Below the pieces are notes generated by a model. That model worked only from the letters and a program-made list of their open reading frames with translations, did not search any database and was not told the origin of the DNA. From Podarcis bocagei (lineage: Eukaryota): a stretch of 64,000 nucleotides of DNA. The DNA is taken from assembly GCA_964188305.1 (NCBI GenBank), contig OZ076886.1. One strand, 5' to 3'. The position numbers and the translations under genes are program-made. Below, piece after piece: positions 1 through 11,235 of this stretch (positions are counted from its first letter, which is position 1; every line of letters begins with the position of its first letter).

Positions 1-2829
1 CTGGCTAGATAAAATGTAACAAATGATTAACACAATGTAGAAATGGAGACTTAACTGGAGATATAGATAATGGGTGTGAAAAACTAATTTCTCTGGAAAT
101 GTTTCAGGCACCTGGTTCTCTAAAAATTAGATGCCACCCAATATTTTTAAACAATTATTTGGCTCCATGCAGGATTAGAACTTAAATAAACAATAATAAT
201 AATACTGGCTCCTGAAATTGGAGTCCTGGTTTCTAATAATCTGAAGGGTCTTTTCCCCCTCCAACTGCCAAAGGGTAATAGAAATTGTCTTGCAAAAGTA
301 TCCCGCCACTGAATGTACAGAGACAGTTTAAGATGAGCACACACCCTAAAATTGCCATAAACCACTTAGAGGTTTTATAAACAGCTTACAATCAATTTTC
401 CTACATTCAGGCGGTATGTAAATATTGTTAAATAAGTGAAGAATTAAGAAAAACAGATACGTAGTAAACAACAAAATTCTTAGTGGTTTATAGGGATGAG
501 CATTGTAACAGAGAAGCAGTTAAAAGTGTTCTATAGGAACAACTAATATTTGCACACATACACAAAAACCTAATGAAGATATTTGACATTTGCTTGGATG
601 AGTTGTCAGCTTTCATCCCCAGTGTTGTTTCTAATATTATAGTTTACACAGAATTTCTAGTGTCCTGAATAGTAGGATTAGGATCAGGGCATATTGGCCA
701 TGAACTTTTAAAGTTCTCTCACAAGGAGCTTTAGGAGGGGGGAAAGACACACTTTCTCATTCGCAACAGTTTGCATTGTGATGTCTATATATTTCTTGTG
801 AATTAGCCTGATCTAATTCATTTGTTGTGAATTAGCCTGGGGAAAGGGTGATTTATAAATATTTTAAATAAATAAAAGAATCATGACTAAGAGATCACCA
901 TGGTACCAACCTCTCCCCCCCCCCAATCCCTGTTCACAAATTACCGGTACCCTATAAACCATGCTTACTCTCTGTTAACCTGAATGGCTTGCTGCACTGC
1001 ATTCTAGACATTTCCTCCCTAAAACAGATGAAAATACTGTACAGAATGTTGTTCCTAGACCTGTTACAAAGAAGCAGACACAACATCCTGATTTAATACT
1101 TGTTTTTACAAAACCTGTAAAGGAAAATTTACAAAAAAAGGAAATTCCTAGAGATACAACTAGGCAAAAAGAGAGAGAATATAATAAGGACGGGTATATG
1201 GTTTTATGTTGATTTTTATTATGACAATGACATACAAACTGTTTTGTTTTTTTTTAAACCATTTGATCAGCACCAGGAAGGCCATGGTGACATAAGGGAT
1301 AGCCCTGGGGATGGTGAATCGGGAGAGAGGCTGAGGCTGGCTTTCCGCTTCACATCTGTGCTAGCTGCAGGCCAGTACTGTGCTAGTTTCCATTTTGCAG
1401 TGCTAGTACCAGACAGCCTATGTACATATCTGCCCTTACACACAGCAGGCCAATAGCATGCTGCAAATATATTTACTATCTTCATAGACTCAAAATTCAT
1501 ATAGTAAAGATAATACCATGTTATAGTAATGTAAATATCATGTAATTGTCATTTGGTAAGAATACAGAATGTATGTATGTATGTATGTATGTATGTATGT
1601 ATTTAAAATCAGCTTGGAAAACAGGGCATTGCATACTCCTTTCAGTTCCACCCAGCTAGCATGGACCATTATGTATGCATAGTCTGCCTTGTGCCGTGTT
1701 GTTGTTTAAGTCTGGTCAACCGCTATGCTCCTGTTTTGCACCGTTTTTTCCTGACTTTCTTCCTATCCATTGCTGTTTTGCTGTGCTGCTGCGGAGTCAG
1801 CAGAGGGAGCATAACCAGTGAACTCAGAACACATCTGACCCCATTCAGTTATGCCCTTAAACAGGAAAAGGAGTTCACCGTCAAAGTTCACTGAAGATCA
1901 AATTGCAGGTAGTAATCAAAATTAACAGTGTAAAGGAGACAAGTGAGTTTTAATGGGGTTTTTTGCAGTACTTCCTTCATCTTAATTATAATAGATTCAT
2001 ATGACACAACTTATGTATGTGTTTATAGTTCTGCAGATCCTCACCATGTTTACCTGGAAGAAAGTCCCATTGATTGACTTATGCTTCACTCTGAGACCTT
2101 GACATTAAAAGCATAGCCTATATTAATCCATAGGCTTAGCATTCCACTGCAAGTCCCCGACTGCAATCTTCAGCCATCCTCTTACCTGTTGTACTTTTGA
2201 AGTACAAGTAGCGATGAGCCATATGTAGCACAGTGCCTTTTCTGCGGTAGTTGGCTAAATATTTTCCCCCTCTGTCAACTTGACATTGCCTTCTGAAAAC
2301 CTTGTCCTGGAACTGGGTGTTAGTGAGTGCATGTTTATCTATTTTGGACTAAATAATTGTTCTGTTTCTCCAACAGCCCTGGGCCTGTACAGGACTGGTG
2401 GGTTGTGTTTGGCTTGATGGGTCACACTCACAAATTAAGGATGCTTGACCTAAAGGACTGGCAAAACACTGTTTACTAAAAATATTTTTGGGGGAAGAAA
2501 CAGCACATGGGTTTTTAATCTGCCCGTTTCATTAATAGCTCATGAACAGCGTGGGAAGGACCATCGTGCAGTAGTACAGCACACAGTTAAACTCCATATG
2601 GTAGTGGCCGGCAGAGTACGGCTTCATAATGTGGAGGTCGCTGCTGACAACCAAGAGGGGTGAAGTGGCAGGGAGGTTGGTGTGGTGTGGGCACAGTGGC
2701 GGAGCCAATCCAATGTGCCTACACTGAGCCAACCTCCCTGCCACCTCTCCCTTTCCCCTCCCCTCTCTCTCGGTTGCTGGCATCATATGTAAAAAAGAAA
2801 CACCACTTTCTTGGGTTGATAACCTACTG

Positions 2830-3240
2830 AACTTTATCTTGTCTGACCACAACTTCAGTTTCTTAGCCATAATTCAGCCCATGACCAACTCCAAGTACCT
2901 TTTCAGCACTTTGAAAGTTACATGTGCCCCCCAATAGAAAGAAGAGAGGGAGAGGGCATCTTTTACAGATCAAAATATCCAGCTCATCCTGTCCATTACT
3001 TGGCATAGATCATTCACCACAGGAACCAAACAGAAGGGAGGTTGAAATGTGTCTACCAGATTGTCCGAAAACATTTGGAGAACAGTCTCCACCAGTTTGA
3101 TCACATTGTCCACAAGATAGAGATTTGCCACTGAGCAGAAACTGGAAAGATGCTGGGTCCTGGAAAGCCCTTTTAAGAAGAGGCCTCACAATAGCCTCCT
3201 TTCACCACCGGAAGATACAGGTTGAAGCCATGAAAATCTA
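2830..3240 (-). mobile_element. Highly degenerate L2-clade LINE RT fragment
   Basis: Reverse strand reads EAIVRPLLKRAFQDP..., resembling the L2 ORF2 motif (K)EAIVRPLLKKPSLDP. Many stops and frameshifts; boundaries approximate. Confidence 0.55.
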
Positions 3241-3684
3241 TTTTGCCCAGCAAAGTGGAGAAACAATCAGAGACTACTGATGGTCCTTTAAAGTCTAATT
3301 TGTTTTGGGACAGCCTAGGATTAGAGTTCCTTACTTTTGAAATTTTGATCAGGCCCCAGGCTGGACTAGATCAGATGACCAACTATGGGAATATTGCAGC
3401 AATCGACCCTAAACTGACTGCATACCATCCAAATGATAACGTCCTGTTTTTCAGCTCTTCAGAAACCTCACAGACAGTTTAAGAGGAAAATTTGTCCCAG
3501 AATTTACATATTGCAAAGATAAGCGCAAGATTTGCCAGATAAGCGCAAGATTTGCTAGTCAGGTCATTCAAGTCCTAACTAGTACTCCCTACACACAGCC
3601 AACACATTCGTTTGCTTTTGAAATAGATGGAGGTCTTTCTTTTCTTTGCAGTCAACATGGAAATCTCTTTTCAGCCAAGGTATG

Positions 3685-3685
<1 letters not shown>

Positions 3686-3730
<45 letters not shown>
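3686..3730. repeat. (TA)n microsatellite
   Basis: Pure TA dinucleotide run. Confidence 0.95.
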
Positions 3731-3732
<2 letters not shown>

Positions 3733-3952
3733 TTTAAAAGGAAACATACGTAAGAACATATCATTTTGATCTGACCAGCTGCATTACCACGAAAGTTAAT
3801 CACGTGTGAGACAGAACTGAATCAGTAAAAGAAGCTTCTTTGTCAGAGAAACAAGCACACATTTGAAGGGAGACAAAATGCTCACTTATTAATTTTATAA
3901 ATAAGAAAATTCCTTCCAGTAGCACCTTAAAGACCAACTAAGTTAGTTCTTG

Positions 3953-3990
3953 GTATGAGCTTTCGTGTGCATGCACACTTCTTCAGATAC
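3953..3990 (-). ncRNA. Mirror copy of the minimal hammerhead motif
   Basis: Exact reverse complement of 3996-4033 in the left palindrome arm. Confidence 0.7.
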
Positions 3991-3995
3991 ACTGT

Positions 3996-4033
3996 GTATC
4001 TGAAGAAGTGTGCATGCACACGAAAGCTCATAC
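3996..4033 (+). ncRNA. Minimal type-I hammerhead ribozyme motif (Penelope type)
   Basis: Stem I GTAT (3996-3999) / ATAC (4030-4033); core CTGAAGA (4000-4006); stem II GTGTGCATGCACAC (4008-4021); GAAA (4022-4025); self-complementary AGCT in place of helix III; predicted cleavage after C4029. Confidence 0.7.
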
Positions 4034-4583
4034 CAAGAACTAACTTAGTTGGTCTTTAAGGTGCTACTGGAAGGAATTTTCTTATTTTGACTATGGCAGA
4101 CCAACACGGCTACCTATCTGTAATTTTATAAAGCAATTCCAAACATTACATGCAGTTGAACACATTTTTTTTTAAAGAAACACATTAACTTCATCTGTCC
4201 ATTTACTTTATTGGTATCCTGCTCTTCTTTCAAGAAGTTCAGGGGCAGCATATACAGGGGAATCCCAGTTTATATCCCCATAAGCACCTTTGAAGCAAAT
4301 TAGGCTCAAATCTACCCAATGGACTTCACTGGTGTAAATTTTATAGTAACTCGTGATGTTATCCTAGTCATTATTGCTTGGGTAGGCACCGTATTTTTCG
4401 CCCCATAAGACGCACTTTTTCCCCTCCAAAAATGAAGGGGAAATGTGCCTGCGTCTTATGGGGCGAATGCAGGCTTTCGCTGAAGCCTGGAGAGCGAGGG
4501 GGGTCGGTGCGTACCGACCCCTCTCGCTCTCCAGGCTTCAGGAAGCTCTGCGCAACCCTCGGGAGACCGGCTCCGAGGGTTGC

Positions 4584-5066
4584 GCAGAGCTGCCTGCAAT
4601 CCCGGGACCAGCGCAGCTCTGCCCGGCCACCGGGAGCCGGGGGAGAAGCTCCGCCCCGCTCCCGGTGGCCCTGCAGAGCTGCCTGCGCTCCTGGGACCAG
4701 CGCAGCTCTGCCCGGCCACCGGGAGCCGGGGGAGAAGCTCCGCCCCGCTCCCGGTGGCCCTGCAGAGCTGCCTGCGCTCCTGGGACCAGCGCAGCTCTGC
4801 CCGGCCACCGGGAGCCGGGGGAGAAGCTCCGCCCCGCTCCCGGTGGCCCTGCAGAGCTGCCTGCGCTCCTGGGACCAGCGCAGCTCTGCCCGGCCACGGG
4901 AGCCGGGGGAGAAGCTCCGCCCCGCTCCCGGTGGCCCTGCAGAGCTGCCTGCGCTCCTGGGACCAGCGCAGCTCTGCCCGGCCACCGGGAGCCGGGGGAG
5001 AAGCTCCGCCCCGCTCCCGGTGGCCCTGCAGAGCTGCCTGCGCTCCTGGGACCAGCGCAGCTCTGC
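4584..5066. repeat. 89-bp GC-rich minisatellite, about 5.4 copies
   Basis: Units start at 4584, 4673, 4762, 4851, 4939 and 5028; one unit has a 1-bp deletion. Confidence 0.95.
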
Positions 5067-5322
5067 GCCGCCATCCCGAGCGGTGCGCTAAGTCCCGCCC
5101 CGCTCGGGATGGCGGCACAGAGCTGCCTGCCGTCGCGGGACTGCAGGCAGGTCTACGCCGCCATCCCGAGCGGTGCGCTAAGTCCCGCCCCGCTCGGGAT
5201 GGCGGCACAGATCTGCCTGCCGTCGCGGGACCGCAGGCAGGTCTACGCCGCCATCCCGAGCGGTGCGCTAAGTCCCGCCCCGCTCGGGATGGCGGCAGAG
5301 ATCTGCCTGCCATCGCGGGACT
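5067..5322. repeat. 90-bp GC-rich minisatellite, about 2.8 copies
   Basis: Units start at 5067, 5157 and 5247; each has the 17-bp stem GCCGCCATCCCGAGCGG / CCGCTCGGGATGGCGGC. Confidence 0.9.
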
Positions 5323-6668
5323 GATGCACTTCTCCCCATCGCCAGCCCCACAAGCTCGGGGGACAGCGGGGAGGCAGAGCGTGCCTTCCCACTGTTCCCC
5401 AACCTGGTTCTTCCAGCCCCGCACCTGGGGGGGAAATAAAAAATTTTTTCTTTATTTCCCCCCCAAAAAACTAGGTGCGTCTTATGGGCCGGAGCGTCTT
5501 ATGGGGCGCAAAATACGGTAAGTCTCACTGAACTTTGTGGATTTTCCTATGGGTGTACATTATACAGTGATTTGGCATTCTGCTCCTTACTTTAGAATTC
5601 TTTGATATCAAAACAATTCTTGCATTTTCTACAAGTTTACAGGGGCTCAAAAAGTTCAAATAATGCACAATGGTCTAAATTCTGTATTTTGGAAAGAGGA
5701 GGTTAAGAGAAAATACATACTTCAAGTCAGAGGTAGGCAGCTTGAAATCCTATGTATTTTGCAAAGACTGAACTCCTATAACACTTACCTTAAGCTCAAT
5801 GGAACTTACTTCTGAGCGGACATGTATGGGATTGCACTATCATGCTGCTTTAAAATATGTGGAATTTGAATGCTTTGAGCATGTACTGGATGGGTGGTCA
5901 GAGATGTAAAAATCTGCTTATCACTCACCTAAGATCAGTTTGTTTTCAAGAAATAAAATGCTATTACTTACAGTTCAGCATCTGGAATAACAAGGTGATA
6001 AAAGGAAAACAACCCCACTGCCAAAAGCTACTTACAGTGCAATCCTATCCTTATCTACTCAGAAGTAAGTCCCACAGAATTCAATAAGTTCTTCTCCCAA
6101 GCGACTCTGCAATCCTTACTCCATTTTCCCATTAGTATGCATAGGATTACAGCCTTAAAGATATGTTCCATTTGAATGTTCTGTTTAAATACAACTGCTA
6201 ATTAGTAAATCTTAAAACTGGCCTACACTTTTTAAAAACATAGTTAATTCCAAGCATGTGTTACTAAATATAAGATTTCCATAGCACTAAAGTATCTGTG
6301 TTCAATCACACGATCTCCACACTACGGTATAAATGTTGTTAAACCATGCTTGCAAATAGTCACCACTTAGTTGCCTCAAGCAAATGAGTTGCCTTGAGGT
6401 AACTAGCACGGCAATTTTTGTAAACCTCAAAAGAGGGAAGCTCTTTTATTGCCTTTTAGGCTGGCTGACTATTTATATTGTGTTTTACAGCAAATTTGCT
6501 TATTTTGATTTTGTCATAGCATTTAAATGATCACTACCCACTTTGGGAACATGAATGATGAAGAGTTGTAAATAAACATAACAAACAAACAAACAAACAA
6601 ACAAACAAACACAGGACTAACTTAGATTGCAGCCCTATACTCATTTACACAGGAGTAAGTACTATTGA

Positions 6669-6979
6669 TCAAACGTATCCATTCTTAAGGAAATCAGCCC
6701 TGAGTGCTCACTGGAAGGACAGATCGTGAAGCTGAGGCTCCAATACTTTGGCCACCTCATGAGAAGAGAAGACTCCCTGGAAAAGACCCTGATGTTGGGA
6801 AAGATGGAGGGCACAAGGAGAAGGGGACGACAGAGGACAAGATGGTTGGACAGTGTTCTCGAAGCTACAAACATGAGTCTGACCAAACTGTGGGAGGCAG
6901 TGGAAGACAGGAGTGCCTGGCGTGCTCTGGTCCATGGGGTCACGAAGAGTCGGACACAACTAAACGACTAAACAACAAC
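6669..6979 (+). mobile_element. 5'-truncated RTE-BovB LINE (3' end)
   Basis: Encodes KLRLQYFGHLMRREDSLEKTLMLGK...WRALVHGVTKSRT; (CAA)n tail; 12-bp TSD AAGTACTATTGA (6657-6668, 6980-6991). Confidence 0.92.
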
Positions 6980-8429
6980 AAGTACTATTGAACTCAACAG
7001 GGCTTATTTCCATGCAAACAGGATTGTATTGGACAGTATGTGTGGGCAGGCAGACAAGTAAAAGTGTTTGTTTTACTGATTTTGTAATTCTGTGTTAAAC
7101 TTTATGGATTTTTTTTACAATGGACATGTTTTGGCCTGCAGGTCTCTTATAAGTACAGCACAGATGTCAAAGTATCCTACAGTCATTGTAATACTTTTGT
7201 TAGCTACTCAGTCTACATGTGAGGGAAATAATTTGACATAATTAATATTAAGTACTACTTCACCAGTTCTAAACACACCAGATGAACTCCTGATGAAACA
7301 CGCTTAGGGTTGCGCTGCAAATCATTTCAATATCCTTATCTTTATTTGAAGATTGGCCCCTTTCAGTTTTAAGAGAACTGGCTTCCACATAAGTAGCTCA
7401 GGAATTTGGTGTGGTAAACTCAACTCAATAATTAACAAGCTTAAAGATTTTATTTGTTTATGATGGCACAACAGCAGCCTTTATGACTTTACTTTTGGCT
7501 ATAATTGGCTTGTGGAAGTTACCCAACATGCCTACTTAGGGCTGAACTAAATGAGGTAATACAGATCTATGACCAGATCTCCCAGGTCTATTAAATTTTG
7601 GCTAATAGCAGGTGTCCAAGTTAGATCTGGAAAAATGCTATGGCTATGCTAGTGTTATAGTTCCAGGTGCCTGCATCTCCAGACATACATATTTTTTTTT
7701 AATCCCCAAGAAATAGTTGTTTCACACATTACATATCAGCAAACATTTGTCTGACACTGAACGTACGCTTCCAAGGAAGCTCTGGCTAACCCTAGCTCCC
7801 TGACGATTGTACAAGTATAATACACATATTTTCACAATGCCTGTTTTGTCACATTCTACATTGAAAACATTTTTGTGTGTATGCCTAAAAACATAATGTG
7901 TAAAGAAGCCAAAAGTCAAATTTCAAGTCCTAATATGTACTCTTTGGAGCAAAGCCATACTATGATCAGCTAAATTTTAATGTAGGCCCAAACTTGTGGC
8001 AGCCATATTTGTTGTCTGTGTGCTGCTCACACACGTGGAGTGCCTAATTCTAACATCAGTGAGACTGCACAGGTGGGGAGAGGTGATCTTGCATCTCAAG
8101 CATCTCTCACTCAGCTTGGCTTAGTGCCAATGTCAAAGGGGAAGGGGAAGAGTGGAGTTTAACAGTATGTCTTACTTATTTTTTTAAAAAAGTATTTCCC
8201 TTGAAATTGTGCCATTAATGTGTCATTAATGTGCCAGAAGGAGACCTAGTTCCATATTTAGTAGCATGACACAATTAGGTCCTGATCTTTGCCAGCTGGA
8301 GCAAAGGTTTTCACTAAGAGGTCAGTTTTTATGATTACAAAACTCATACCAGCTAGCCAAATCATGACAGAGTGGGAAGGATCAAATGTGTGGGCTCTCA
8401 CAGAAGAGATCACAACCACTCTGCTCTTC

Positions 8430-8730
8430 TGCTGACCTAAGTCATGCTTTGGCTTAGCATGACTTTCAAACCTGGGCTCATGTTTTAGCTCTCCTAGATA
8501 AACCACAAGCTGGAAGCCATATGACAAGCCTTAGTTGCATCTTGTGGGTTGTCTGGAGAGAGCTAAACCACAAACACAGGCTTGGATTGCATGCTAAACC
8601 AAACCATGGCTTAACAAAGCACAGCAGCAGAACAACCAGGAAGGAGCAATGCTGCCTCAGCTTCCTCTCTGGGAGCCTGCAGGTGTTCTCGTTTGTACTA
8701 AACAATGGTTTGGCTTAGCATTACATGCAA
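8430..8730. mobile_element. Degenerate squamate interspersed repeat with AAACCATGGTTT-type palindromic motifs (MITE-like)
   Basis: Repeated aaacca/tggttt motifs; related copies at about 17880-18170 and 35270-35550. Confidence 0.45.
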
Positions 8731-8757
8731 ATACATTTGCAAATACATTAGTTGCCT

Positions 8758-9075
8758 GAAGGACGTGGGTGGTGTTGTGGGTTAAACCACAGAACCTAGG
8801 ACTTGCCGATCAGAAGCTCGGCGGTTCAAATCCCTGCGACAGGGTGAGCTTCCGTTACTTGGTTCCTGCTCCTGCCAACCTAGCAGTTCGAAAGCACGTC
8901 AAAGTAGGTGTGCTGCTTTCCGTGTGCTGCTCTGGTTCGCCAGAAGCGGCTTAGTCATGCTGGCCACATGACCCGGAAGCTGTACGCCGGCTCCCTCGGC
9001 CAATAAAGCGAGATGAGCGCCACGACCCCAGAGTTGGCCACGACTGGACCTAATGGTCAGGGGTCCCTTTACCTT
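8758..9075 (+). mobile_element. Sauria SINE (Squam1-type), internally deleted
   Basis: tRNA-like head GGACGTGGGTGGTGTTGTGG...GGTTCAAATCCC; (ACCTTT)n tail; 14-bp TSD TACATTAGTTGCCT (8744-8757, 9076-9089). Confidence 0.9.
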
Positions 9076-9705
9076 TACATTAGTTGCCTACCAGTATTTA
9101 ATGAGATGAAACAGAGAGGAGTACCTATTATTTTAATCAATTTCACTTGTCATTTCAAGCTCATTTGATTGAACATGAAGGAAATTCTGGATAAGTACCG
9201 TATTCTTTGTGGAACAAAACTATGTACGATGCTGTTCTGTGTATGTTTACTCAGAAGTTCATCCTACTATGTTTCATAAGATTTATTCTCTAGTAAATAG
9301 ATTAGGATTTCACCTGAAGTATACTTTTGGGAAGTCATCTATTTTTCTTTATTCATTTTTCCATAAACTGAAGATCTGCTTTTCTAATGAGTATACCTTT
9401 ACCTTAGAAGAACTCAGATAAATGGGTTTATTTCACAGGTAAGAGTTCTAAAGCAGAATCAATAAATTTTCATTTCTATTATTTAAATATGCCAATTGCA
9501 TATTAGAGATGTCCAAACTGAAAATATTGCTGCACCATGGAACAGTATTTCAGGGTTCCTAACACTGTTTCAGAAATATCTATGATGCTAAGTTTATGTG
9601 GTTAACTTGTATACATTAGTTTAATGTCTGCTAAAGCTAAAGCTACAGTACTGCAAAGCAACTGAGAAAGAGCAAAAAAGGACAAAAAAGAGAAAGGGCA
9701 AAAAA

Positions 9706-9948
9706 GAGAGCCAGTGTGGTGTAGTGGTTAAGAGTGATAGACTCGTAATCTGGGGAACCGGGTTCACTTCCCCGCTCCTCCACATGCAGCTGCTGGGTGA
9801 CCTTGGGCTAGTCACACTTCTCTGAAGTCTCTCAGCCCCACTCACCTCACAGAGTGTTTGTTGTGGGGGAGGAAGGGAAAGGAGAATGTTAGCCGCTTTG
9901 AGACTCCTTCGGGTAGTGATAAAGCGGGATATCAAATCTAAACTCTTC
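9706..9948 (+). mobile_element. tRNA/CORE SINE (Squam3-like)
   Basis: Head GAGAGCCAGTGTGGTGTAGTGGTTAAGAG, CORE motif GGGTGACCTTGGGC, CTCTTC tail. Closely similar to the copies at 30.3 and 34.0 kb. Confidence 0.88.
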
Positions 9949-10632
9949 ATTAATTTTCACTGGGGAGCTGGGTTTCTGATAATATGAGCAATATTTCCTA
10001 TGTCACCTTCATCTTTTTGATTGACTCTTCTTAATTTCTGTGTGTCTAATTCCAGCTTCTCCCCTTTTGTGGCACCATCCCTGAATGTATCATTCTGAAC
10101 TGGCATCTCCCCAATACCTGTCAGCTTTCACCCAGAAGTCCATGAGGAACCTGTACAACTGACACGAAAGCTTGTGCTAGCAGAGTGAACAGAAGGATAA
10201 GACTTCCCCTTAACAAGCCTTTATTTTCTCACCTGCACAATCTCAAGAAAAACAAACTAGCCACTTTTTGTTGATGAACCAAAGCCATTTCATGCAACTG
10301 CACTTTTGAACCAAACAAATCCCTTGTAACAAATGCCAACTTGTATTAACATGCACATGGGCAGAAATCACCTTGTGTTTATTGTACCTTGTTTGCATAT
10401 GTGGGAGAGGGAGAGAGATTCATCTACTTCCACTGCGGTGAGTCTAAACTAAAATGATGTTGCTTTGTGTAAGAGAGTGAAAATGAGAAATAGTTCCAAG
10501 ACATTCAGTATAGCACAAACTTCCATGGACAAACTTCATCAAATGAATAGTTTTAACCTCAGTTGGTAGCTATATGCATAAATGGCTGTAGATAAAGCAC
10601 TCTGCTAACTGTGAATGCATAAGCACTGGGGA

Positions 10633-10777
10633 TCATAGAATCATAGAATTGTTGGAAGGGATCACAAAGGTCATCTAGCTGAATCCCTGCCTGCAATGCA
10701 AGAATCTTTTCCCCCAAATGTGAAATTTGAACTCACAACCCTGAGATTGTGAGTCTCTTGTTCTACCGTCTCAGCTT
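10633..10777 (-). mobile_element. Short tRNA-derived SINE with CR1-type (ATTCTATG)n tail, degenerate
   Basis: TCATAGAATCATAGAA tail and remnants of a tRNA head. Confidence 0.65.
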
Positions 10778-11049
10778 AAAATGGGAACTCTCGAAGCTTT
10801 GCAAATTCTATACTAATGTCGAACCAGGTGTAATTTAGCTCCTTTTCTGAATAGAAGTATTACAATATTTCCCTCTTTCTTCAATTCAGGGCATGCAATT
10901 AAGCTCAGTTTTGCATTATATATGCAGCTTTTAACATCATGATTAAATCAGGGGGAGATCAATGTTTCCACTTGTAGAAGAACTAACTACTTGTGACACA
11001 GATCACTCTGCCTGCAACAACGTTGTCATCACCTGCCATTCAAACAGTC

Positions 11050-11235
11050 TTACATTTTTATCTTACCCTTCCTCCAAAGATCTCAGAATGGCACACAGAA
11101 CCTTCCACCCTCACAGCATCCTTGTGAAGCTGGTCAGGCTGAGAGATGATGACTAGCCCAAGGTCACAGGTGAATTTCATGTCTCATTGTAGATGTAAAC
11201 CCAGGCTTCTCTGAATTCGACACTCTACTGAGTAA
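11050..11235 (-). mobile_element. Old MIR-like CORE SINE fragment
   Basis: GCCCAAGGTCAC CORE motif and cacagcatccttgtga...ggctgagaga. Confidence 0.55.

Larger units (their letters stand above)
3899..4120. mobile_element. Penelope-like element remnant: inverted duplication of the terminal repeat
   Basis: Perfect inverted repeat 3899-3992 / 3994-4087 with a 1-nt spacer, plus a 33-nt extension on the right. Contains TGAAGAAGTGTGCATGCACACGAAAGCTCATACC...TTGGTCTTTAAGGTGCTAC, typical of reptile Penelope-like ends. Flanked by the direct repeat TAATTTTATAAA (3890-3901, 4121-4132). Confidence 0.8.
4389..5518. mobile_element. Non-autonomous Tc1/mariner-pogo-type MITE with internal tandem arrays
   Basis: 25-bp TIRs CCGTATTTT(T/G)CGCCCCATAAGACGC with 1 mismatch. 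TA on the right, CA (probably mutated TA) on the left. Subterminal GCGTCTTATGGG repeats; no transposase. Confidence 0.85.

Noticed and set aside
3517-3555. 20-bp tandem duplication (also a 29-bp one at about 18430-18490)
   Set aside because: Ordinary local slippage with no further structure.
4371-5521. Six overlapping ORFs of 178-322 aa
   Set aside because: Artefacts of the GC-rich 89/90-bp tandem array.
1865-9438. Plus-strand mini-exon chain 1865-1908, 3652-3680, 9408-9438 reading KRSSPSKFTEDQIA-VNMEISFSAK-KNSDKWVYFT
   Set aside because: The phases are compatible and FTEDQIA recalls calmodulin or myosin light-chain N-termini, but no EF-hand exon follows and chance splice motifs are common.
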